A DNA stretch of 64,000 nt from Iphione sp. A-MEVVRFRX5 (Eukaryota), in the NCBI GenBank assembly GCA_976226885.1, contig CDNGLT010000002.1, forward strand, positions 1,426,001 through 1,490,000. The letters run 5' to 3'. Positions 11,595 through 22,688 of this stretch are shown here, in pieces. Every line of letters begins with the position of its first letter. Position 1 is the stretch's first letter. Position numbers and translations under genes: made by a program. The notes below the pieces were generated by a model. It saw only the letters and a list, made by a program, of their open reading frames with translations. It searched no databases and was not told the origin of the DNA.

Positions 11595-13278
11595 TTCTGC
11601 GGAGGAAGGGTAGAGATCTTACATCTGGTGTGGTGGATGAGAGTTTAGAGGCAGCTATTCGTGGGTGGGGGTTAATTGGTTGCCACCTAAGTTCTCTCTC
11701 TGAGGAGTTTCAGGGATGGGGGGGTCGTTTTATCTCTTGATATTACTGGTAGGTTTAAGGTCATAAGGAAGCTTTTTGGTGTGGGTTTTTGGGGTCATTA
11801 GTGGCCAGTGTTAACCCAGGGATCGAGGTTGTTTAGATGAGGTCATTTGTTTACATGATAACAGCTGTGGTCTGGTGAAAGCGTTTTGGAGGAAAATACG
11901 TGGCTGGAATGCACGCGTGTCTTTGGCCGCGGGTGATTGAGTTGATCATTTGAGAGGGTGCAACAAGAGAGGGCAGTCCAGCAAGGTCACAAAGGAGAAA
12001 AAGGATTATAGACAAAGGATCGAGTTGTTGGGAATTAGTGACTGCCATGATGGCAGCATTGGTGTTTGGAATGCGTAGACACGTAATCAGGGAGGATGTT
12101 CCTTTGGAGGGTAAGTTTACTTTTTCCACCCAGGTAACTTTCTCTAAGAAGGAGGTGAGGATGAGGGGCCTTGCTACTCTCTGTCAGGCCGATGGGTAGA
12201 GGGAGGTGGGGTGGGGGCTGCCACTTTACTTTGGTGATAGTTGTTATTAATGCTGCTTTGCTAATTCATCCCCTATTACAATTTGCAGAAGTTGTGGTGA
12301 TCCTGAATGCTGGGAGCAGGATTCATAGGTGGCACGTAGGCAGCGAGGTGCCAGATAGGACAGACCGAGAGGTCGACTGATCTCTGGGCCGTATCGGATG
12401 CATGTGATCCCGGTGGTTTTGTATTAGCCTAGTTTTGTGACGCCTTCTCAATATTAATAGTGTGTTTTATGGGTATAAATACTTTTCTTGTAAATCTGTG
12501 TCCCCCTTTTTTTTTGTGTTCGAGTTGCCACTATGAAAGATGAATTATTCAAAGATCGTATTGCTGAGGTTCTATAATTTTCTTCCTTAAGATGTGTACC
12601 GTTCATATAAAGTCAAGAGTCTTCTTGATGCTAATAGTTTATTACCATAAGGCCCATTAATAACTCTTCTACATTTGACTATAGTATGATTTGGGTTATT
12701 TAAATGTCTATGTAGAGGAATATCGGATCCCATCACCATAAATAATATTAATAAGTGTTATACGTCGAGTATTTTGATAATACACATAGGATTGTATATA
12801 TGTTGATAATATTGCCAAAGAGAGTAGCCATGTTCATAATTCTACAGTGTCCCTCAGTCTCGCATTGCTGGCGCAGAGACATTTGACATCACTATCAGAG
12901 GAGCCTCACTGTCTTGACTCCGACGAAGTGGCTACCCTCTGGAAGAAGGGCTGTAGTGGTAAGTGTTGCCCCATCTTGTGGTGGGGTGTTCACGTCCGGT
13001 CACAGATGGTGGCCAGGTGTTTCTTTTCGCACGGAGTGACTCCCGATTGACATAGTGAGTCCTTTCACTATTACTAATTCTACAGTCACTACAATGTTTT
13101 CTTGGGAGGTCTTGTTGTCCAGGGGCATTTCAGATTTGTCAGTGAGAGTTCATTCAGAACTCTGCGCTATGTGGAGATTCGAATTCCCATTCCTGTTCCA
13201 CGGGGAGGGGTAGGATGGGGCGGTTGCTTTTGATGGCGTCAGTTGATGAGAACTCGGCGGCCAGAGAGTCGACTGCTA

Positions 13279-14205
13279 CTAGGGATGGGGTGCTTGCATC
13301 TGATGACATCGGTTGATGGGGGTTTGGCGGCCAGAGAGCTGGGGGCTAGTCGGGTGGGGCTCCAGTATGTTGTTCCAGTGCGATGGGTGGGCTTGCGTTT
13401 CTTGTGCCACCTCAGAGCGTGAGAGCGACGATGGGGGGTCTGGTGAAACCCAATTTCTTGGGGGACAGTGTTGCGGCGCTTGAGTGATGAGGATCGGTCT
13501 GAGCAGGGACTGGATTCTCCCCGGGGACCGGGTTGTTGGGGCGGCCCGTGGATGGGTAGGCCTGGCGGGGCGGGGTGTGGTATCCCGGGAGGATGAGACA
13601 TCCCTCTGGGGTGAGCCATCCCCGCGGGGTGAAGTATCCCATCGGGGCGAGATATTCCCATGAGATGGGGTATCTTGGCGGTGTGGGTAGTGCATCTTGG
13701 GATGTCGGTACAGGTTGGCTGTCAAAATGTCCATGCGTGCAGGTATATGGGAGGTCCTCTTCATGTATTTCCTGAGGGCCCTCACGGCTGCTTCTCTGGC
13801 CTGACTCGTGGCCAGAGAGAGCCCAACAGTAGATCGAAACTCTGCAAGGGCCACGGTAACAAGACTGTCCCAGGCGGGGTAGTACTTGGGCAGTATGGGA
13901 GGTGTCTGATGGTCCTTGAAGTAGGCCATGAGCATGTCGACCACCGTAAGCTGGGCAATTGGGTATTCTAGGTCCTAAAAGTTGCCTTTCCGAGGATGAA
14001 GCACTGTGCCCACTGCTTCTATGGTGTAGGAAAGGTGCCACATGAGCTCGTGTCGATACCCATCTGTGACTCTGGGATGGCGGAGCCCTCTGTCGGATTT
14101 GAAGAGCTCGGGGGTAAAGGCCGGGATGCAGTCTCCTGGGCTCGGCAGCGCCCCCTGGAGAAGGAGTGACTGCCGCTCTTGGATTTTCACATACCGGCCC
14201 GCCAT
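13279..14205 (-). pseudogene. Accessory-family paralogue A1 with C-terminal (S/T)PR-repeat tail; internal stop at 13975
   Basis: GDCIP..LF..GLRHPRVT..NF*DLEYP.AQL..Y..PPILP.YYPAWDSL..REAA, then ISPRWDTSPRGDGSPQRD..TTPR. Confidence 0.8.
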
Positions 14206-14829
14206 AACCTGCGAATGTTGAGGTAAAGAGAGATGTGAGAGATCTCTTCAACTATTCGTAGGATTTTGAGAAGGGCCTTGCTAAAAAGGATAGCGAAGGG
14301 TACATGTTTTGCTAATCCCAGGCTCTCATGGGTGGGGTTTCTTGTGCTGCCCAGTATTTCTATTGGGGGTTTCATATATCTAGGAGGGTCAAGCCACCAA
14401 GATGAAGTACCCAAGTGGGCGGGGGGCCCCTACAAAGGGGGTGCCTTTTTGGGGAAGGGTGAGCTACTAACTCTATGGGCGAGGTGAAAACAGACTGTTT
14501 TGTAGAGGGCAAGACGGGTCCCAGATGGCGGCCCCTTATTTTGAAGCCCTTTCAGAAGGCCTAGAAATTGTTTTGGGGATCTTTATGGTGAGTGTTTGTG
14601 TTGATTGCAGGTGTGAGGTTGGATACTGCAAATGACCCTGGGGGTCTGTGTGTTAGCCTCCTGTTGACTCCTCATTCAGGGCAGAGGTAGCTAATCTCTG
14701 CTACTGTTTTTGAGTCATGTACCTTTTTCGCTTGGAGGTAGGGGAACAACCAGAGTTGAGAAAAGGCAAATTACTAGGCACTGTATTATGTGGGTTGGCT
14801 TCTTTCTGGTAGCCTCCTTTTTCCAATTT

Positions 14830-15235
14830 TCCTTCATGAAGGAGGGTTTTACTAATGAGTGTGGACTTCTTCGTCCAATTTTTAATTCCTTTTACGGGGG
14901 AAATACAGGTACTTTCCCTTCCTACCTGTGTGAAGGTAGGGCGGCACGCCTGGGTGTACAACACATCGATGATTCCTTATTATTACGTATAAGGGTTTGC
15001 GATTGCCTACTCTACCTGCTTTAAGTGGAAGGGAATCCTTCGAGTAGGGGGGACTTAAGAGTGGTCTCTCCTTCCTACCTGTGTGAAGGTAGGGCAGCAT
15101 GCTGAGGTATGTGATATCTTTCAGAGTAGGATTATACTTCTTTGTCCCTTGGAAGGACTCCCTTCATGAACAGGGGAGATGAGGATCATCTCCCCTTCCT
15201 ACCTGTGTGAAGGTAGGGTGGCATGCCAGGAGGTA
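14830..15235. repeat. Three multi-hairpin repeat units downstream of pol A
   Basis: Identical 24-mer cttcctacctgtgtgaaggtaggg (stem CCTACC/GGTAGG at 14921, 15074, 15198); perfect 11-bp stem at 15172-15196. Confidence 0.8.
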
Positions 15236-15682
15236 CTATTTATCTCATAGTCCTATTTACCTCTTTTTACTTCCTCACTTTAAACTGTGTATAACTGCAT
15301 GTGGACGTCCATTCATATGTTCATATAACCTTTAGATTCCTCTTCTTATTCTTGTTCAACATTGTGGACTTTTTGCCTGTACTCCTGCATTATAATCAAG
15401 GGGGAGGGGTCATAATGGCTGTGATGGGAGCACACCCTCCCTGCAGAATCGTGCCTTTTTATCTTTTATTTGAGAATCATGCTTTTCTCTTATAGGTGTT
15501 CCCAACACTTTTTTTTTTGTTTCTTTGGAACAACATTGCTTTTAGGGAAAAAGGAGGGTGCCGAAGGGTCTGTAAAGGGTTCTCTTGCCATCTTAGGTTG
15601 TCTTCCCTTTGCGTCATGATTGTAGAAGAGACGTCCAGGTGGCAGCGTCCCACCACCGTTTTGGCCTCTTAGTACGCTGTGG

Positions 15683-18600
15683 TCAGATTAACCTCTGGGA
15701 ACCTACTGGGGGTTGCTTGATGGTATTGGATTCTGAAGAGGTTGGATTAGGCTCGATGGTGATCTTAGTATCTTTTGGAGTGTCATCTTGGTTGGCTGGT
15801 TCTATTAGGATCTTGTCTGGGTTGGGAGGTAAGTTGAGGCGCCCCAGTCTTACAACAGGGTCAAGTTCACTTAGCCCCACCTCTATCTGACATGGGCGTC
15901 GGGGGGCAATAGGGAGATGAACTTTTATTTTCAGGGGGTGCTCGGATCTTAGCTGCTGATGTGGGTCATCCCCTACTTTATCAGAGACTGCATCTTGAGC
16001 TTTGCTTAGTGAACGTGTCACGGGTCCCTCTGTTCGTGTCATGGGGACTTCTGGTATAACAGGCATGGAGAACTCTGAGGGGGCCTCAGATTTCTCTTCA
16101 GAGAGGGCAGGGGACTCACTAGAAGACTCGGAGTCTGAGAGTGGGGGAGAAGTGGGAGAATTGGACCGAGATGGAGCTGGGGGGTCGGAGTCTTCACTTG
16201 ATACATCTTGGGTTATTGGACAATTTGCATTGTGGAATGATCTTACAATAGGATGGGGGCGTTCATGTAAATTTTGTGAGGTAGAGGGAGTCTCAAGGGG
16301 AGGATCCTCATTCTGAACAGGGGATGAGACATTTTGCGAGGGTTCTTCTGTGATGGTGCTCATAAAGGGTGCTAGGGCTTTCAGAAGCCATTGTCGTCGT
16401 GGGGGAAGGGACTTGGGCTCATCAGAGGAGTGAGTCTTTTCAAAGCTGTCAGGGGGGAGGTCTTCAGGTGATATGTCATCTTCAGGAAATTCCTCGTTGG
16501 TGCTAGGGATAGCAGATATAGTTTTCTTTAGCCGGCTGATAGTGACTGGTCTGGCAAGATGCCTCTTGGTTGAAGGCATTTCAAGAAGACAGTGGAGTCA
16601 GTCTGAAATCGGGTAATTGCATAAGGTCCATGGTAGACCTTGGCAAGTTTAAGTTTGAGCGAGCTATCCTTTAATTTAGGCATGTATACCCATACTACAT
16701 CACCTACCTGGAGATCTAGCTTATAGGTGTGCTCATCGTGTATTGCCTTCATGGCTAGGGCATATCTTTCAGAGGTCTTTTGTGCAGCTTGATGAGCTTC
16801 TTGTTGAGCCTGCAAATGGTTTCCAAATCTCTGTCGGGTGTCCATTAATTCATCTTCTGAGATGGGAATGGAGTTCATTTTGGGGCGGCGGGGTTCATAC
16901 CCATTTAGGAGGAGATAGGGGGTTTGGCCTGTGCGGGTGGCCTTTGTGGTGTTTAAAGCGAAGCATATTCCAGGAAGGTAACAGTCCCAGTTGTTTTGAT
17001 CTTTGCTAACATAATTTCGTAAGACTGTCAGAAGCGAGCGGTTGGCCCGCTCAACCAAGCCTGAGGTCTGGGGATGACCTGCCGTAGCAAATTTCTGTTT
17101 GATTCCATTTTTCCTACAGTAATTCATATACCTATCTGAAATGAAGGCTGAGCCATTATCTGAGACTATAGTATTGACTACACCAAAACGGTAAACAATA
17201 GGTTCTTTAAATTTAGAAATAAGGGTGTATGCTCGGAGATCAACTTGTGCCCATGCTACTAGGAATCAGCTATGATAGTCTACTATAGTAATGATATGTC
17301 GGTTTCCTCTTTTTTTGAGGGGGAGTCTTTCTATGGCGTCCATATTAATGGTATGCCATGGTGCTGGCGTTGGATCTCTTAAGGTCAGAGGAGGTCTTAT
17401 AGGACGTGTCATACGTTTGGTTTCGGAGCATTTGATACAAGTGGCGCAGTACTCATGCACATCCTTGCTCATTCCAGACCAAAAGAGTGACTCCCTCATT
17501 CTGGTAAGCATTTTTACTGGGCCCAAGTGTCCTGCGTGTGGAGGGTCATGTTTCTGTTGGAGAAATTGTTCCCTAAGTCCCATGGGGACAACAAGTCTGA
17601 CATTCATTCTAGCATTAGGTCCAGTGGTTGATAACATCTTAAAGAGAAGCCTTTTGTAAAGAAAATAGTCCTCTTCATGGAGCAGAATCTCACGTGCCAA
17701 TTTGTCATCCATAGGGAGTATCCCATATTTGATGAAGCCAACTGTTTGTTGACAGAAGGTATCATCTTTCTGCTCCTTAAAGAGATCTTCAATGGGTATG
17801 TGTGATGAGTTTAGATGTTTCTCTGCCCCAGAATGGACGACAAATTGTCTTTCCCTTCTCTTACGGTGCTTAGGTTTGTTAAGGAATTGGGGAGTGCCTG
17901 ACTTGCCAGTGGTATAAATAGCATTTGCTTCTACAGGTCTGAGAGTTTTATCTCTGGGCTTCCTGCCAGTAGGAACATAGGGAGGTTCTTTGTCAGGAGG
18001 GGTGTCAAGGCGAGAGAGGGCATCAGGGACATAATTGGAGATCCCTGCTACATGTTGGACAGTATAATCAAACCGTTGGAGGAATTCCATCCATCGGATA
18101 ACTCGGCTCTCCTTGTGCTCTAAGGATTTTGTAACCAAGATATGAACGAGAGGGTTATGGTCAGTTCGGATGGTGAACTTGGCTCTTTCTAAATAAACTC
18201 GCCAGTGCTTGACTGCATAAAAGACAGCGGCCATTTCCTTGTCTGTTGTAGAGTAATTGAGCTGGGCTCCTTGAAAGGCTTTAGCCCAGTAAGCTATTGG
18301 TCTAAGACTTCCTTCCCAGTCTTTTTGTGACAGGCTGGCGCCCATTCCATAGTTACTGTAGGTCAGTGGCCAAAAAGAATTCATCATTAAAGTTTGGGTA
18401 AAGAAGAAACTGTTCATTGGTCAGAGCTTCCTTAAGTGTTTGGTATGCCCCCTCTTGTTCAGGCCCCCAAAAGAATTGGGCACTCTTTCTTGTTAAGTCA
18501 TAGAGGGGTTTAGCTTTAAGGCCATAGCTGGGGATAAATTTTTTATAATAGCCAGTCATTCCTAAGAATCGGAGTACCTGTCGGACTGTGGTTGGAGTTT

Positions 18601-18872
18601 TCATTTCTTTTATTTTCTGCGTATTGTCAGGAGAGGGCATAATGCCTTCAGTGGTTATAATATGACCTAAGAACTTGACTTCTGACCGTCCGATCTCACA
18701 TTTAGAGGGCTTGAGTTTAAGTCCTGCCTCGATTAGTCGGTCCAAGACTTCTCTAAGGTCCTGCATATGTTGCTAAAATGTGGGTGAAAAGATTACTATA
18801 TCATCCATATACGCCAAACAGATCTTATAGTTTAATCCTGACAGAACTAAATCCACTACACTTTGAAAGGAT
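15683..18872 (-). pseudogene. pol: pol of A, 3' part: RT (YMDD), RNase H, integrase, Ser/Pro-rich extension
   Basis: SFQSVVDLVLSGLNYKICLAYMDD at the junction with C; RNase H YGMGASL..PIAYW..EMAAV..TDHNPL; HDPPHAGH..CIKC; SDNG..GLVERAN; YHGPYAI. Several stops and frameshifts. Confidence 0.93.
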
Positions 18873-19444
18873 TGTAGCACAAAAGCAAACACCACTAGTC
18901 AGGTTCGAGTCAGCCTTTATTCTTCTTCAGCAGTGATACAGCAACCGTCATCATCAACAGCAACTGAGGCAAGTCCGAATAACTCTTCGGACTGCCAAAC
19001 ATATATACCCAACTGGACCGGACACGGTTGTTTATTACAAGTCGTTCTCACAATGGGTCGTTAAAGTTTTACACGCTTGACGTCATTGACACTTTCGTCC
19101 AGGGTCGTGCTCAGGCACCGGATACAACCCTTATCTTGTTATGGCGCCGTGACACCGTGTGAACTAAGTAGACTTTTAATGGTTTGGATTCCAATTACTT
19201 TCACAGCCGATAGGAAGAATTGCGAAGCGCACAAAAGATGTCACAAACAAATTTTTCACTCAGTACTTATAGTTACTTCGCATAAGGCTTTTACTTGTAT
19301 TCTGTATATCTGTACACTATACATACGTTGCAATGTTCCATACTCATGCTGTACGATTAGCCATATACAACGTTTTATTTCCCAATACATCTATAAGGCA
19401 GAGTCTTGTCTTGATACGGTACCATATAACACCACTGTGTTACA
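18873..19444 (-). repeat. 3' LTR of element C (572 bp)
   Basis: Direct repeat of 30039-30607; about 24 substitutions and one 3-bp indel by eye. Confidence 0.96.
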
Positions 19445-19455
19445 CCCCTCCCCTT
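19445..19455 (-). other. Polypurine tract of element C
   Basis: AAGGGGAGGGG immediately upstream of the 3' LTR on the minus strand. Confidence 0.85.
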
Positions 19456-20568
19456 GTGGGGAGACAATGGGCAGCATTGTCAGCCTATCTGTAGACCAGC
19501 AAAACAAAATCCTTATATACTTTTGGTTTGTCTAGCCTACTACCTGACTTCTCACAGCAGATGTACCATATGCCAAGTTCAACAGGAACAACATACCTGC
19601 CATCCTACCACAACTGGTACTACCAGGGGATGGACGTCTTGGCCTCGTCCAACTTCAAGTCTTACACAGAGACAATAAGTAATGATCCTTTGATTACCCT
19701 CACTAAAGATGGAAGTAAAGGTGATAATCAAACGGACAACATGCCTCACCTTCAAGAAAAGGAGTTGCATAAGAAGTTGTATCAATCTCTTTTCATATCA
19801 AGACTCACCACTTTCCTTTGAGTTGCCCAAGAACCATTTCCCGGAGTTAACTTTACATCACCCATTCGGATCAGTTCTTTTAGGAGCTTAAGACCCAGAA
19901 CACGAGGCCACTGTGCCTCAAGGACTTGAGTGGTCGTACTACTACCACGTCCCATCTTCCCTTATCTGCAGAGACTACAGTTGAAGCCAAAAAAAATAAT
20001 TCTGAACCCCAAAACTGACCCCCTGAGATGCGGTGAAGAAGAAGGAATTTGAGGAAGGAAGAGAAGGAACGGCAGAGCCCTGGCCTATCACTACCATACT
20101 AACCAAGAGTGGCCAACGCCCTGCCAAGTTTCGTGAGGTGCCATTCCAAGCAAACACCACTGCTGCTTACGAATGACATCTCACAGCCCATGGGCCACCA
20201 CGAGGAAGACACTTCCGAAACAAATATTTACATCTGAAGTGCCCACGGCAACTCAAGGCTTACAGAACCGCATCTCAGATTTTTATTCTATGCTCCCTTT
20301 CAGCCGATCCGAATATTATATACACAATCACGAGGTATATACAGTCAATACCCTATTTCCGAACTTATTTGATAATACATGATTACAGATACACAACATT
20401 AAAGACATTACATGATAATACGAACATGTACATTTACCGTTATAATTCCTTGGCCATACTTTATTTGAATACATCACTTGAACATTACTCATGAGTAAAT
20501 ACCCATTACAGTTTTGAGCAAGAGTTTCTGTCTCTTCTGCCAAACCTGCAATATCTACAGCTTCCTTT

Positions 20569-22688
20569 TTAGCGGAACACAGAGAAGGGATGTTCATTAG
20601 GGGCATACAATTCAGTGTTGGTTCGTACGTTAGTGGGGCGATAGATCTCAAATTCTTTTGGACCTTGCTTAAATTTCATCGCACATTCAGGTATAATGCA
20701 GGCCAGGCTGGGAGCACTAGGAGAGGGCAAGGCACGCAAAGAGAGGGTTTCTCCGGTACTGGCCATTGATGAGTTAGGGGAACCCGTACCACCTCCCATG
20801 TTAATGGTTATAGGGGACGATCCCTGGGATTCCACATCTGACGTAGGTCTAAACCCACCCATCCCTCTCGCAGGCATTAGCCTCCTCCATCGTCCCTTGC
20901 TGCAGAAGCAACAATAAAAACAGCCACATAAGGTTAAGGCGGAACTCAACCCTCCACAGTTGACAATGGTGACGTTCCTGGCATTTCGGGCAACCTTATC
21001 ATGCAAAGTATTGATTCGCTGCACAATTCCTTCAATATCAGTTTCGGAAAAATCCAGTAGAGGTTCTAATGACCCCGTACGGTTCATTGCAGGAGGGATC
21101 TCCGGTGACCAGACTAACAATTCCGTAACTAACAGTTTGGCGGGGAGCTCTATGGGATCGCGTTCCACCTCATCCTCATTTCGTTGGTAATAGTATGTAG
21201 GTAACGGCATCCTATCTCCCACGGCTCCACATCCGTTAGGCAGTCTCACTAATGCAAACGGGGCTGGAACATTATGACGATCGTGCTACCGTTAACACAT
21301 TGAATACGCATTGGTAATGTGACAGGTGTGGTCACAACCCAATTTCCTTGATCCAAATATTTTGCTTGGGGCATCGTAAGTCCGGTTAGGATACTACGAG
21401 TACACAATGTCCATACTCTTTTTACTTCTTGTCGATAAATGGCAAGTACACAGTAGGAGTGAAGATTGAGTTTGTATACGGGAGACGACACTAAACACGA
21501 GTCTTCCTGCAATCGACAATGAACTAATTCTTCGGGAGTCACTATGGCATAGTGTCGACGATCGCTGGTGATCCCGAAATATTTGAATTCCAGGTCAAAC
21601 TTAATAGTTTTCCCGTCAGTCATAGGTACTGGAATATTGACAGCTTCATAGATAGTATAAGAAGCAATAGGATCAACTAAAGGGATCATAATGGACGTTA
21701 TGATCCGTTCTTCGAATATTACAGTTGTGACCGGGAGTGCACTATTGTAACTCCACACATCTTCAGCAAAATACGGCAGATGCAATTGAGTGGGTAATTG
21801 TCTTTCGATGGTAAAGAGAATAGCTTGCAACTCGGTGGCGGGAAGCACTTCTAGTGTTAATCGCCCTCCTAATAGATGATCAATTCGTGCCTCCAACCGG
21901 GCTATTTCATAGCGTGAATAGAATCGTTCAGCATTCAAAATCTCTAGTGGTAACATTACTAACCATGTGCACAGCTTCCCATAAGTCAATTTCCACGACC
22001 TTCAATGTTTTTAACACATCGTTAATATGCTGACGGTTTCGTCGAGCATCTACTCGTGTTTGATTGATTACTGTCATCATGTCCTTCATGATGGTCAAAG
22101 TCTCCAGTTGCTGCATTTCCGACTGGTTAACGCATTGTTTAATCACATGAATTTCATTTCCAACCACTCCAAATCCAGTAGCAGTTCCCGCAACCAACAC
22201 GATGCCTCCTATGGCAGCCAATAACACTGCCGGACTGCGCGCGGCCGAGTGCGATTATATTTTCCAAATATATCCACTCATTCTACCCGTTCTTCCTGGA
22301 ATCGTCTAGCCTGTTCTTCCGTTCTTAATCGCAACGTTGTTCAATCGAGTAATTCCCTGCGTGATTCGAGCCTGCAGAATTTCAGCTCAATCCAACTGTG
22401 AACCCATAATTCGACCCGCGACTGGCTCTGCCCGGGGTCGATTTCCATAGATCTGCCATGGTGGAATGAGACTGTACGTTGTCTTCAGCAGGCCATGCCT
22501 GGTTCGATTCAATTCCACGGACAGTTCATTTCCCAACTGTTTGTAACGATCATATTCAGTGATCAGATCCAGTCACCATGAGGAGAGGACAGACATCACG
22601 TCTAAACGCTTCTTGAAGATCACGTTTTCTAATGTCCCTCCTTCAACCAGACGGATAAAGGTCAGTCCGACCAACACCCACACGCAGC
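20569..22688 (-). pseudogene. env: env of element C, class-I-fusion-like, broken into several frames
   Basis: Acceptor tctttttctctgttgcag then CVWVLVGLTFIRLVEG; RTRPR followed (across a 1-nt shift) by AVLLAAIGGIVLVAGTATGFGVV; Cys-rich ectodomain; hydrophobic/Cys segment LSSALTLCGCFYCCFC. Confidence 0.75.

Noticed and set aside
14830-15235. Hammerhead ribozyme in the hairpin repeats
   Set aside because: No CUGAUGA core is seen on either strand.
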